DNA from: Planctomycetota bacterium
GTDB taxonomy: Bacteria > Planctomycetota > Planctomycetia > Pirellulales > Lacipirellulaceae
Direction: 5' to 3'
Length of the DNA: 64,000 nucleotides
NCBI GenBank assembly: GCA_039190745.1
Contig: JBCCXZ010000004.1
Coordinates: forward strand, 1 to 64,000
Part shown: one piece after another, positions 22,164-33,100 of the stretch
Layout: each line of letters starts with the position of its first letter
Numbering within the stretch: position 1 is the first letter of the stretch
The notes under the pieces: model-generated
Databases searched by the model: none
Told to the model about the DNA's origin: nothing
What the model saw: only the letters and a program-made list of their open reading frames with translations
Program-made: the position numbers and the translations under genes

Positions 22164-24080
22164 CAAGTCACCCGTGTCGGGGTTGGTCGCCATCCCGTTG
22201 GTGACCAGGATGTCCCGCAAGCCGTCGTTGTTGATGTCGGTCTGCAAAGAACTCCAAGCCCAGCGGCCCATCGTGACGCCCGCCTGCTCGCTCACGTCGC
22301 GGAACGTGCCGTCACCCGCGTTCTCGAACAGCGAGTTCCCCCGCGCGTGCCGCTGGAACTCGCTCAGCGTCTGCGCGTCGTCGCCGCCGCGGAAGCGCCG
22401 CTGGAACGCAACCCGATTGCCCGCAGAAGAGAACATGTTGCTGACATAGATATCTATCAGCCCGTCGTTGTTGAAGTCTCCCCAAGAGACGCCCATCCCG
22501 GCCGAAATGTCTTCCACCCCGGCGTCGGGCGCAATGTTGACGAACATGCCGCCGTCGTTCCGGTAGAGACAGTTGCGACCGAAGTCGTTCGCCACGTAGA
22601 GGTCCGGGTCGCCGTCGTTGTCGAAGTCGTCCCAGCTCGCCGCGAGAGTGTAGCGTGTGTTGTCTGCGTCGAGCCCGACTTCGGCGGTCACGTCAATCAG
22701 CTCCCACGAGCCGTCGTTGCGGAGCAGAGAGTTGCGGTGGCCATTGTTCGCGTCGTGATAGGGCACCGGCGCACTCTCGCCGCCGGACGGCGGCGAGTAG
22801 CCGCAGACGTACAGATCGAGATCGCCGTCCAAGTCGTAATCGGCGGCCGCGAGTGTTGTCGCGATGCCAATATGCTGCTTCAACACACTCCGGAACCGCG
22901 TGCCGTCGTTGCCGAAGACCACCAACGTGGAGTTGGTGACCAGCACGAGGTCTTGGTCTCCGTCGTTGTCGAGGTCCAGAAAGAGAGCGCTGCGAGATCG
23001 GTCGAGCACACCCAACCCCGAACTGGCAGTGGCGTCAACGGCGCTGCAGTCTGCTTGCTGCAAGAAGAGCCGGTTAGGGACCCCGCCGGGTTGGCAGAGG
23101 TAAATGTCGTCCAGCCCATCGCCGTTCGCGTCGCCCAGTGCCATACCCTGGTGCCCAAAAACGTCGATCCCTAGCGACTTCTGCAATCGAGACCGCCAGT
23201 AGTTGGTGCCCTTCATCACCTGAGCTTGAAACGACTCGTTGCCGCAAAGCACGGCGGCCGTCACATCCTCGAACAGCGGTCGGCCGCTCGCAGGCCCGAC
23301 CGCTTCACGGAAATCGCGTGCCGTGATCGAAGCCAGCCGGAGCTCTGGGCGGCCCCGCATATCGGGGGACGGTGTCAAATCCCACCGGCACGTCCACGTT
23401 GCGTTTTGCTGAACGATCGGCCCGTCGTCGTTGGCGCCCGCGGCGGCGTCGGCCTGGAAGTAGGCCTCAGTCTCGCAAGAGTCTCCATCCAGCCGCACGC
23501 GGATAACCTTGAACTTGTAGTGCACGCGGCGACTGCCCGCGAACGGCTCGGCCAAACCGGCTATGGCTTGGGCCAAGGCTTCCAGCCCCACAGACGCGGC
23601 TGGAGACGCATCGGCCTCAGCATCAACCAACACCTCGATCGATTCATCTGCAAAACCGTTTTTCAACTCGATCGGTCGGAGCGGTGAGACCGCAACACTA
23701 ACCAAAGCAAGGTCTGACAGAACGTTGTCATTGATTGCCTCCGGTGCGCTGAGCAGTTCACCGAGCTTCTTGAGTTGCTTTCCGGCAACGTCGTTAATGA
23801 CTTCCGTATCCCAGCCATCGAGAGACGGGTCTTTGCGGTCGAGCACTCGGCTCAGAGAGTCGCGGACCGGCTTGCTCTCGGTTGCGATCTGCCGGGAGAC
23901 ACCAGCCTCTCGTTGCCGACTCGAACTCCCTTCCGCTTCGGGAGTCGAGCGGGTGCTTGAGCCCGGATTGGCGGACGGACCGGCGCCCAGGCCGCCAAGT
24001 TCTTCGTTGGGCCGATCGCAGCCGATCCATGACGCTGTTGAGAACAGCAGCACTGAACACCAGAATTTACAAGGTGGCAT
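22161..24080 (-). CDS. FG-GAP/VCBS-repeat (CRTAC1-like) lipoprotein; probably the N-terminal part of a UGA-readthrough protein
   Basis: Lipobox-like WIGC; six DxDxDG blades (GDANGDGLDD, DLDNDGDQD, DYDLDGDLD, DFDNDGDPD, GDFNNDGLID, DINNDGLRD); ends DTGDL-TGA. Confidence 0.88.
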   Translation of the reverse strand: MPPCKFWCSVLLFSTASWIGCDRPNEELGGLGAGPSANPGSSTRSTPEAEGSSSRQREAGVSRQIATESKPVRDSLSRVLDRKDPSLDGWDTEVINDVAGKQLKKLGELLSAPEAINDNVLSDLALVSVAVSPLRPIELKNGFADESIEVLVDAEADASPAASVGLEALAQAIAGLAEPFAGSRRVHYKFKVIRVRLDGDSCETEAYFQADAAAGANDDGPIVQQNATWTCRWDLTPSPDMRGRPELRLASITARDFREAVGPASGRPLFEDVTAAVLCGNESFQAQVMKGTNYWRSRLQKSLGIDVFGHQGMALGDANGDGLDDIYLCQPGGVPNRLFLQQADCSAVDATASSGLGVLDRSRSALFLDLDNDGDQDLVLVTNSTLVVFGNDGTRFRSVLKQHIGIATTLAAADYDLDGDLDLYVCGYSPPSGGESAPVPYHDANNGHRNSLLRNDGSWELIDVTAEVGLDADNTRYTLAASWDDFDNDGDPDLYVANDFGRNCLYRNDGGMFVNIAPDAGVEDISAGMGVSWGDFNNDGLIDIYVSNMFSSAGNRVAFQRRFRGGDDAQTLSEFQRHARGNSLFENAGDGTFRDVSEQAGVTMGRWAWSSLQTDINNDGLRDILVTNGMATNPDTGDL

Positions 24081-24606
24081 GGATCAGAGCCGACGCGGGA
24101 AGAGCAGTCTAGAAGGGACGGCGGGCCGAGCCGAGGAGCAGTCGGTGCGACCGTCCGTCAACAAGTCCACCTCCTAACTATAGGCGGCTCACTGAAAATG
24201 GTTAGGCCAGCTTGGAAACGACTCCCTTGGATCACAATCCCTAGGGTGTTGCACCCTCAGCTGCCAAGCATGCCGGCAGTCTTTCGTTTTCACACGTCTC
24301 CATCGCTTATCGCTGCTAACGCACCTAGCTTGAGGTCCTCGACAACTTTCGACTCCTGCGGCAAACCGCCATTCGTTCGCCGCAATCCCTTATCTGACAT
24401 TGCTTTACCTTGACCTGCACGCAGATCCAATCCGGCATACTCGCTTTCTTTTTCGGTTTTCGATACCAAACGGAGCAGGAAAGCGCCTTACCTCTAATAG
24501 GCGGGAGCTGGGTGCCGACTCAGGCGTTCGAAAGCCCAGTGTGCGGAAAGGCAGATGTCGCTTGGCGGATCACGAAACGGTGACAGACGGTGCTGATGGC
24601 GATCCG

Positions 24607-25137
24607 ATGAGCGACGCCGAACGCCGAGAGGCGTTTGCGAGGCTGTTTGCCCGTCACGACCGGTGGCTGTTCTCCTACCTTGTGACTCTGCTGGCGAACC
24701 CCGCACACGCGGAAGAGGTATTCCAAGAAGTCTGTGTGGTCTTGTGGAGGGAGTACGAGAAATTTGAGCTCGGCACGGACTTCGTGAAGTGGGTGAGCGT
24801 GATTGCCCACAACCAAGTCCGGAAGTTCCGCAGACAGCAGCACGGCAAGGCGTTTCAGTTCAGCGCCGAAGCGATGGACCAGATCGCCTCCCACGCTAGC
24901 CAACGTGCGGACATGTTCGACTACCGACGCGACGCTTTACAGCGGTGCCTTACGAAGCTCTCCACGTCCGACCGAGAGCTGATTAAGAGTTGTTACGACG
25001 GCGAAAAGAGCACCTTTAAGTCAGTTGCCCACCGGCTGGGCAAGCCAGAGAACACAATTTACAAAGCACTCAACCGGATCCGGCGGATGCTCTACGAGTG
25101 CATCAACCGGACCTTGTCCGCGGAAGGCCTGCATTGA
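24607..25137 (+). CDS. ECF sigma-70 factor (Rhodopirellula/Verrucomicrobium type)
   Basis: HAEEVFQEVCVVLWREYEKFELGTDFVKW and a region 4 HTH. Alternative TTG start at 24562. Confidence 0.92.
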   Translation: MSDAERREAFARLFARHDRWLFSYLVTLLANPAHAEEVFQEVCVVLWREYEKFELGTDFVKWVSVIAHNQVRKFRRQQHGKAFQFSAEAMDQIASHASQRADMFDYRRDALQRCLTKLSTSDRELIKSCYDGEKSTFKSVAHRLGKPENTIYKALNRIRRMLYECINRTLSAEGLH

Positions 25138-26993
25138 ACCCGCCAGTCGACCAAGCCCGTCTGCTCCGTGCGTGCGGCGACCTGTGTAATGGTCTTCTGC
25201 CCGGCGACGAGGCTACGTGGCTGGACGGCGTCATCGCCGCGGACGCCGAAGCGTGCCAGGCGTACGTCGACTACATGACGATGCACGCGACGCTGCACTT
25301 CGGTGATCTGGCTGCGGGCGGCGAGAGCTATTCTGCCTTGACCCCAACTATTTCAGCCCTCGTGGACGCGCCCGCTTCGGCCGACTCCAACAATGCGATG
25401 CTTGGGCTCGGCGGCATCGATCTCGCGGAGACTGAGGTCGGCAGCTCAAAACCGACCCCGCCTCGGAAGCTGAGCTCTTGGTTTGTCGTTGCAGCGTCGC
25501 TCGTTGCTGTGGCCGTCACCGCGAGCCTGCTGACTGCCTTTGCTCTGCAGAGAAACCCCAGACTTATTGCGGCGGTAGACACGAGCCCGAACGAGAACGG
25601 TAGGCCCGCGGTCGCACGAGTGACCGGGACCCAAAACTGCCTGTGGAGCCGGGACGCGATCGCGTTCGGCTACGGCTCGCAACTGCGTGCCGGGCAGCAG
25701 CTCGATCTGGTCGAAGGGCTGGCCGAAATCACGTTCGAAGACGGCGCCACCGTCCTGCTTGAGGGGCCCGCTCGCTTCGTTGTTGAAGACCGGCATGGAG
25801 TCGGGCTCAAGCGAGGCCGATTGGCGGCCGTTGTGCCAAGACGCGCCCGCGGATTCCGGGTCCACACCGACTCGATCGACGTTTACGACGTCGGCACCGA
25901 GTTTGGCATGTTCGCCAGAGAATCCGGGGCCGCTGAGGTGCACGTCTTCAACGGGCTGCTGAAGGCCGAGTTGCTCGACGCGAGCGGGCAGACGCAGCAA
26001 AAAGTCGAACTCAACGCCAGCGAAGCCATCCGAGTCAGCCCCGTTTCCACTACGGTCATGGAGTTCCCGGCCGACGAAGCCGCATTTGTGCGGACGCTCC
26101 TTCCCAAGTCGGGCCCGCAAGACGGGCTGCTTACCTACGAGGGCTTTGACTATCCTTCCGGCCCGCTGTCGGCGCAGAATGGCGGTTTTGGTTGGGCCGG
26201 GCCGTGGTTCAGCATCTCCGAGGCTGAAGAGGGTCTTTCCTCCAACATGGTCGGGATGGGGAGCGTCTCCACCGAGGGACTGGTGCCGAAGGGCAACCAC
26301 GCCGCTCTCACCGGCCAGGCGAACCGTATCCGGCGCTCATTAGCAACCTCTGTCGGCGGCGTGTACGACGTGGCGGGGCTGGTTGAGAACCAGGATGGCG
26401 TCCGGCTGATCGGCCGCGACGGCCAGCAGGTATACCTCAGCTTTGTGCAGCGGGTTTCCGACACCGACAACGGGTTCTACGGTTTCGAACTCCACCGCGG
26501 CGATGGCAACCCCAACCGCGTGCTTTGCATTGGGAACGGCGCCGAAGAGACCGCCTACGGCGTGACTTCGAACTTCAACATCTATGGGTCGCAGAATTTC
26601 CCGGCCTTGGGGCAAGAAAACGACGAAGCAAACCTGTTTGTGGTTAAAATAAGTTTTGGGGTAGGCAACCGCGATCTTGTCTCTGTCTACCGGAACCCCG
26701 AGTCTCTGCGGGACGAGCAGGCCTGTGTTGCCGACGTGCAGCTGAAGGGGAACTTTGCATTCGACCGGATCAGCCTCGCCAATTTCGATGGCGAGAAAAC
26801 GCTGGAATCGGATGAAATACGTGTAGGAACCCACTTCCTAGCGGTCACGGGAAGGTGGGGCAGCGAGCGAGGGAGGCTCATGCGTCGCGTGACGCTGCTG
26901 GAAGACCGCCGACAGCGGGCGGCATTCGGCGTCCATCAACTTGTACTTCTCGATCCGCGCGTGGGCAGCCGCTACGGACCGATCGTTCACTAA
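25134..26993 (+). CDS. FecR-domain anti-sigma factor
   Basis: TTG start overlaps the sigma stop (TTGA); TM helix; GFRVHT..VYDVGTEFG..EVHVFNG; large C-terminal beta domain. Confidence 0.88.
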   Translation: MNPPVDQARLLRACGDLCNGLLPGDEATWLDGVIAADAEACQAYVDYMTMHATLHFGDLAAGGESYSALTPTISALVDAPASADSNNAMLGLGGIDLAETEVGSSKPTPPRKLSSWFVVAASLVAVAVTASLLTAFALQRNPRLIAAVDTSPNENGRPAVARVTGTQNCLWSRDAIAFGYGSQLRAGQQLDLVEGLAEITFEDGATVLLEGPARFVVEDRHGVGLKRGRLAAVVPRRARGFRVHTDSIDVYDVGTEFGMFARESGAAEVHVFNGLLKAELLDASGQTQQKVELNASEAIRVSPVSTTVMEFPADEAAFVRTLLPKSGPQDGLLTYEGFDYPSGPLSAQNGGFGWAGPWFSISEAEEGLSSNMVGMGSVSTEGLVPKGNHAALTGQANRIRRSLATSVGGVYDVAGLVENQDGVRLIGRDGQQVYLSFVQRVSDTDNGFYGFELHRGDGNPNRVLCIGNGAEETAYGVTSNFNIYGSQNFPALGQENDEANLFVVKISFGVGNRDLVSVYRNPESLRDEQACVADVQLKGNFAFDRISLANFDGEKTLESDEIRVGTHFLAVTGRWGSERGRLMRRVTLLEDRRQRAAFGVHQLVLLDPRVGSRYGPIVH

Positions 26994-27189
26994 CGACTTT
27001 TCACTGCATTTTTTTGATTCACGGGAGGTGTGGCGCGTCCGCCTTGGCGGGGGCGTTGGATAGTCCCGGCCGGGGCAGCGGCCGCGGCTTGTTGTGGCGT
27101 TTCCCGCCCGTGGCGGGCACGCTGATTGTGTCTCTTCTTTGACGACTTGTTCTTTTGGTTTTGGGAATGACATCCCGGAGGTAGCACTA

Positions 27190-28083
27190 ATGAAGCGTCT
27201 ATTGGCATTACTCATTGTCGGGCTTATTGCTCTGCCCGCGGCGGCCCAGCCGACCGTGGACGGCACGCTCGACGCGGCAGACTACGGGACGGCGCTCGCC
27301 GTTCAGACAGTCAACACAGACTTCGGCGACAACGAAAGCGAGTGGAACGCGGCATACGCCACCATCGACAGCGGCAAGCTATTCCTGATGTTCACCGGCA
27401 ACCTGCAAGCCAACTTCAACAAGCTTGAGTTGTTCGTCGACTCAGTAGCGGGCGGCAGCAACGTGCTCGACTCGATCGGCAACGACGGCGCGGGAGCACT
27501 GACCGGGATGACACTCGATACCGCGATCGCGCCCGAGTACCACTTCATACTGCGGCGTGGCGCCTCAAAGTTCGACGTTGACCTGGCAACGCTCAATTCT
27601 GGCGCGTTCGGCCCCGGCAGCCTGATTATCGATGGCAACAATCCGGGCCCCGGAGAGGATGTCTTCGGCGGCAGTGACGCGGGTTCAACAACTGGGATTG
27701 CGGGCACTTCGCTCGACCTAGCGTACGATGGCAGCAACGTCGCCGGCATCGGCGCCGGCACCGGCGCGGCTGACCAAGCCGCGGCCCTGGCGGTCACTAC
27801 CGGCCTGGAGCTGTCGATCGACCTGGCAGACATCGGCAACCCGACCGGCCCTATCCGCGTGATGCTGCTGCAGAACAACGACAACCACGACTTCCTGTCG
27901 AACCAGACGCTCGGCGGCCTCCCGGCGGGCACCGGCAACCTAGGCAGCCCCGCCTCGGGACAGGATTTCTCCGGCATCCCCGGCGATCAGTTCTTCACCA
28001 TCTTCCAGGTCCCCGAACCGACCTCAATCGGCTTGGGCCTGCTCTCGGTGTTGGGCCTGACCGCCACGCGTCGGCGTCGGTAG
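27190..28083 (+). CDS. PEP-CTERM protein with a DOMON/CBM9-like domain; paralog of 33520..34905
   Basis: GGAGG RBS; signal peptide; TGNLQANFNKLELFVDS; VPEP-TM-RRRR. Fold assignment is tentative. Confidence 0.82.
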   Translation: MKRLLALLIVGLIALPAAAQPTVDGTLDAADYGTALAVQTVNTDFGDNESEWNAAYATIDSGKLFLMFTGNLQANFNKLELFVDSVAGGSNVLDSIGNDGAGALTGMTLDTAIAPEYHFILRRGASKFDVDLATLNSGAFGPGSLIIDGNNPGPGEDVFGGSDAGSTTGIAGTSLDLAYDGSNVAGIGAGTGAADQAAALAVTTGLELSIDLADIGNPTGPIRVMLLQNNDNHDFLSNQTLGGLPAGTGNLGSPASGQDFSGIPGDQFFTIFQVPEPTSIGLGLLSVLGLTATRRRR

Positions 28084-28388
28084 TCAAACGGAGATTGGCT
28101 TAAGGAGATAGTAAGCAGAGGGCAGTCGCGGCACGCGTCCCGCCGGCCGGCACACCACCGACCGGCGGGGCGACCGCGTCGCCCCGAACACAACACAACT
28201 GCAACTGGGCCAAATCTCACCGGCGACCGTCGGCCGGCAGCCTCCCCTACTCGAGGCTGCCGGTCCACGCTTGTCGGACCACTGAATGGTTGACGGACCC
28301 AACGGACTTGGGTGCAACTCGTCTCGACATCGTCACTCGAACACAAGCCCGCAAGCTAGGGCGCTTATCGAAGGAGGGATTCAACCCC

Positions 28389-29492
28389 ATGAAGAATCGT
28401 TCTTGCACATCAGCCCACGCAGCGTGTGCGCGCCGCGGCTTTACGTTGGTCGAACTGCTGGTGGTGATCGCCATCATCGGCGTGCTGGTGGCGTTGCTCC
28501 TGCCCGCTGTGCAGTCGGCACGCGAAGCAGCCCGGCGCATTCAGTGTGCGAACAACCTCAAGAATCTCGGGCTGGCTTGCCTCAATTTCCACGATTCGGC
28601 CAAACACTTCCCCGTGAGCGTTCCGCAGTTTGGCGGAGGAGATCGCAGAGTCGTATGTTTTCCCGGTGGCGGCATCGACAATGAAGATACTGATCTTTAT
28701 GAAGGCACTACAGACGAAGGCCTAAGCGGTCGCGGCTGGCAAGTCGACATCCTCCCACAGATGGAACAACAAGCAGCGGGAGACCGGATCAAGCAAGCGA
28801 TTGAGACGAACAAGAATCGTGCTGGTGGGCGATTCCTTGCGAGGGCCAACAACGGCGTTGGCATGGGTTCAGCCGAGATAAGGGACATCATATCCAACCA
28901 ACTCCTATTCTTGACTTGCCCTTCGGACCCATCGGCTATCCCTTCCGAGGAACAATGGTACTGGGACACCCCGCCGGTCACGGTAGGCACCACCAGCTAC
29001 AAGGGCTCCGTCGGGGACACGTTAATGGACATTGCCTCGGAACCGTGTGGAATTAATGCTGATCCACCTCAATCGATCGAAACCGGATCGCCCGACGTGC
29101 ATGGTTCACTGTCGAACAACGGTCTTTTTCAAAGGTCGAGTGTTTGGGAGCCGATCAACCTCCGCAGAGTTAGCGACGGGGCCAGCAATACCTTCATGAT
29201 CGGCGAGAATGTTGTCTCGTTCGACTACCACTCTGCGGCGTTGTTTGCCGACGGCGACTGGGCCACCTGTGGCATCCCGCTGAACTACATGCCGCCGAGC
29301 TTTACTGTCACCGAGCTCAAAGACCCTAACTTCACGAATAGCGTTCGCGGCTTTAAGAGTCTGCACCCAGGCGGAGCCCAGTTTGTCATGGCCGACGGTT
29401 CGGTCCACTTTGTCCAGGAGGACATCGATACTTTCACTTATCGGGCGCTCTCTACCCGCGACGGGTTTGAGGTCGTCTCTTTGACCGATTAG
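28389..29492 (+). CDS. DUF1559 prepilin-type protein with H-X9-DG C-terminus
   Basis: [50 protein letters not shown]. Confidence 0.93.
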   Translation: MKNRSCTSAHAACARRGFTLVELLVVIAIIGVLVALLLPAVQSAREAARRIQCANNLKNLGLACLNFHDSAKHFPVSVPQFGGGDRRVVCFPGGGIDNEDTDLYEGTTDEGLSGRGWQVDILPQMEQQAAGDRIKQAIETNKNRAGGRFLARANNGVGMGSAEIRDIISNQLLFLTCPSDPSAIPSEEQWYWDTPPVTVGTTSYKGSVGDTLMDIASEPCGINADPPQSIETGSPDVHGSLSNNGLFQRSSVWEPINLRRVSDGASNTFMIGENVVSFDYHSAALFADGDWATCGIPLNYMPPSFTVTELKDPNFTNSVRGFKSLHPGGAQFVMADGSVHFVQEDIDTFTYRALSTRDGFEVVSLTD

Positions 29493-29543
29493 TGAAAGCA
29501 GCGGTAGGCATCTAGACACAAGGATCGAATAGGAGATCGCTGA

Positions 29544-30017
29544 GTGTTGATTGCAAGAAACACCTTCAATGCGAGGGCACTTTCATGCGTGGTGCTTCTA
29601 GGCATCGTCGGTTGCGGCGGGGCTTACGACGCATCAGTGGAAGGCGTGGTTACGCTAGACGGCAACCCGATTGCCTCCGGGATTATCTCGTTTGTGCCCC
29701 AAGAAGGGGGCGTTCCCGCTTATGCAAGGTCCGACGACTCGGGTCACTACGAAGCCTACACCGGCAGCCGAGCAGGGATTCACCCAGGGGAATACGGCGT
29801 GACGATCGTCGCTCGGGGGCAACCCAAAGAAACGCACTCCGCATCTGGTGGTCCTGGAGCTGCCGGCGTACGGCTCACTCCGGCATGGTACGGATCGAGC
29901 AAACACACTCCTCTCAGAGCGGATGTCGAACCCGGTTCGAATGAGATCAATCTCGAACTCTCCAGCGACCCGCCGCCCGAATGGGAACCGCCGGGCAAAA
30001 GACGACGGCGACGTTAG
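29544..30017 (+). CDS. Lipoprotein partner of DUF1559 (carboxypeptidase-regulatory-like domain)
   Basis: Lipobox IVGC; VEGVVTLDGNPI..G.I.F.P..PGEYGVTI..PAWY..V.PGSNEINLEL. Confidence 0.82.
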   Translation: MLIARNTFNARALSCVVLLGIVGCGGAYDASVEGVVTLDGNPIASGIISFVPQEGGVPAYARSDDSGHYEAYTGSRAGIHPGEYGVTIVARGQPKETHSASGGPGAAGVRLTPAWYGSSKHTPLRADVEPGSNEINLELSSDPPPEWEPPGKRRRRR

Positions 30018-30133
30018 GTGATGCGATCGACATTACGGCACGGCGTACGCAATGACGCACCAAGAGAACAAGCCGGAACAGGCAAGGCCATCGGAAGCAG
30101 AGACAGGCGACGCCCAAGCGTCTCAGCAGGAAC

Positions 30134-33100
30134 ATGATCCACAACCAGAATGCACATCCCGCTCACGGCGTTCGCGTGCCGGCTCTGAAAGCGACCCGCT
30201 CGTTGTTGTTGCTCTCGCTCTTGGCCACGGCTCCGTTTCAGGCTCTCGCCGTGGACGTGTCGCCGGCCCCGATCTATCAGATCTTTGAGGCCCGCTGGGA
30301 CACGATCAACGAGCGGATGCCCGACATCTTCGGTGCCGGCTACGGCCGGTTCTGGCTCCCGCCGCCGAACATCGCTGACTCCGGCGGGCTGTCGGTCGGC
30401 TACGACGTGTTCGACCGGTTCGACTACGGCAGCCCGAACAACCAAACACTCTACGGCACGGAGAACGGACTGAAGTCTCTCGTCTCGTCTGCCCACAGAG
30501 CGGGGCTGCTGGTCAACACCGACCTGATCCTCAATCACAACGGCTTCCGCGACCACACAACCCCCGGCTTCATCGGCCAGGGCGACTACCCCGGGTTCGT
30601 TACCACACTCAGCCCGCAGGACGACCCCAACGGAGTCGGCGAGCCCTTCGGCGACTTTCACGCGCCCTCTTTCGATACAGACCCCGGCGCGGACCCCGAG
30701 ACATTCCGCCTGGCGGGGCTGATCGACATCGTCCAGTCACGCAACAACAACTTCATCCGCCACCCGGTAGGCCCGGACCCGCAGAATATCCCCTCGGGCA
30801 GCATCTGGGATCAGCCCGACCCCAACAACGCCCGGTTCTACCCCGACCAGGCGCTCGGCACGCCGGTGAACGACCCCGTGCTGGGCAACACCGTGCTCTA
30901 CGACTTCAACAAGGCCGACCCGCTCGCGGGCGACCCGGTCGTGGAGAACGCGATGGCGTTAACCATGCGGAGCGTGCGTTATGCCGTTCAGGAGATCGGC
31001 ATCGACGGCTTCCGCATCGACGCCGCCCGCCATTTCCCCCGCTGGGTGCTGGACTACTTCGACCAGGCGACCTTCCTCTCCAAGAAGCAGACCTTGCTCG
31101 ACGGCAGCACACACCACCCCTACTCCTTCATCGAGACAGGCGGCGACAGCAATGCGTTCCTCCAGAGCTTCATCCGCAAGGACATCACCAGCGACACCAC
31201 CGTCGGCGGCAACCGCGACGCGCTGGACTTCAACCTGTTCTTCACGATGCGTGACAACCTCACCAGCAACGGCGCCGCCAACAATTGGCACCCGATCCGC
31301 AACGACAGTATCGACCTCAACGACGACGGCCTCCGCAACGGCAGCCAGGGCGTCAAGTTCGTGCAGAGCCACGACGATACCGGGCCGTTCTTGGAGAACG
31401 TAGCCTACGCCTACACGCTGCTCCTGCCCGGCGAGGCAATCGTCTACCAGAACGCCAAGCAATTCGGAGACAACCGCGACTTCCCTCGTGACGGCAAAGT
31501 CGACGCCCTCGGCGGTTTCTTCGGCGAGACGATTACCACGCTGATCGACATCCGCAACACGCACGGCCGCGGCGACTTCCGCGAGCGTTGGTTGGACGAC
31601 GCCTTCAACCCGAACGGATTCTCTAACGTCTACGTCTATGAGCGTTCCGACTCAATGGTCGTGGGGCTCAACAGCCGCAACGACGCGGTCGTCGAGACCC
31701 GCACCGGCGTGCAGACCGACTTTGCCCCGGGCACAATCCTGGTTGAACTGACCGGCAACTCCGCCGACGCGGCCGTCGACCCCGGTGGCGTAATCCCGGA
31801 GTCGGTCCAGGTAAACAGCTCTGGGCAGATCGATATCAGCATCCCGGCAAACCAGGGCCACGGACGAGGCTACGTAGTGTACGGCCTGGCCACGCCCAAC
31901 AGCACGCTCACGCTCACCAACGTCGACGGCGTGCTCGCCGGCGAGACGCCCACCGCGGAGAACAACGGCACGGCTCGACAGACCGACATCCAGATCATCC
32001 GTTCGAACACGTTCGACGTACAACTCACTACTGCACCTGTAAGCGTGCCCGACCCGAACAACCCCGGGCAGTTTGTCCGAGACTTCGACGCGGACGGTGA
32101 CCAAGCCATTCTTAAGATCGACGGCGGAGTCGACCTAAACAGCAACCCCGGAGTGGACAACGTAACCCCGGGTTCGGTTTCTTACGGTTTTGAGGAGTTC
32201 GTCACCACGAAGGCGCCCGGCTACGTCGACGACGGCAGCGGCAACAACATCGGCACGGGGACGGGCAACTACGTACAGACAATCGACGCGACCCAACTCT
32301 CCGAGGGCCGCCACTACCTCACAACCAGGGTCTTCCGTCACCGGGACAGCGGACCTGCTGTGTACGAAGACCAGAAAGAGACGATCTACATCGACCTCCT
32401 GCCGCCAGAGTCGGCAGTGGTGAGCTTCGAACCCCTGGCCAACCTCCCGGAGAGGACCGAGAACCGAGAGCTGATCGTTGAATCGGTCGACCAGACCGGG
32501 GACTCGATGCACTTCTTCCTCAATCTGCCGGAAAACGTCACCGATGCCGAAGTGCTTCAGATGGCGCTCAACGACGAGGGAACTGCCGACCTCTACGACC
32601 AAGACCAGTGGAGCGACGACTTCCGGATGCTCGGCACGGGCAACCACGTGGCGACGATCGTGACTTTCGAGCCGACGTTCGACGGGACCAACGGCTTCAA
32701 CATCCAGCGTGTACCCGGGTTGCTGATCGACAGCCGTCGCAGCGCAGGCTTCGGGGACTTGGATGTCGACAACAGCATCACGCCGTCCGACCTGTCCGGT
32801 ATCGACAACGACTCCTTCGAAGACGTCCTCTACAGCCAGGGCGACAAGTTCAACGCCTCGGCTGATGTCGACGGCGACGGCGACGTAGACAACCTCGACC
32901 TCTTCGGGCTAGGAGACGAGTTAGTAGCAGCCGGCGCCTCGCAGGCGGCGCTCGACGCCTACGTCGACGTACGCATCAGACGAGGCGACCTCGACACCGA
33001 CGGCCTCACGAACTCGGCGGACGTGGCGCAGCTCTACGCCAGCTTCGGGACCACCGGTTGGCTGGAGGACTTGAACGCAGACGGGGCCGTCGACCTTGGC

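Noticed and set aside
20436..23174. 912-aa plus-strand ORF
   Set aside because: Antisense to the FG-GAP/ASPIC/TPR frame, Arg/Pro-rich and without motifs.
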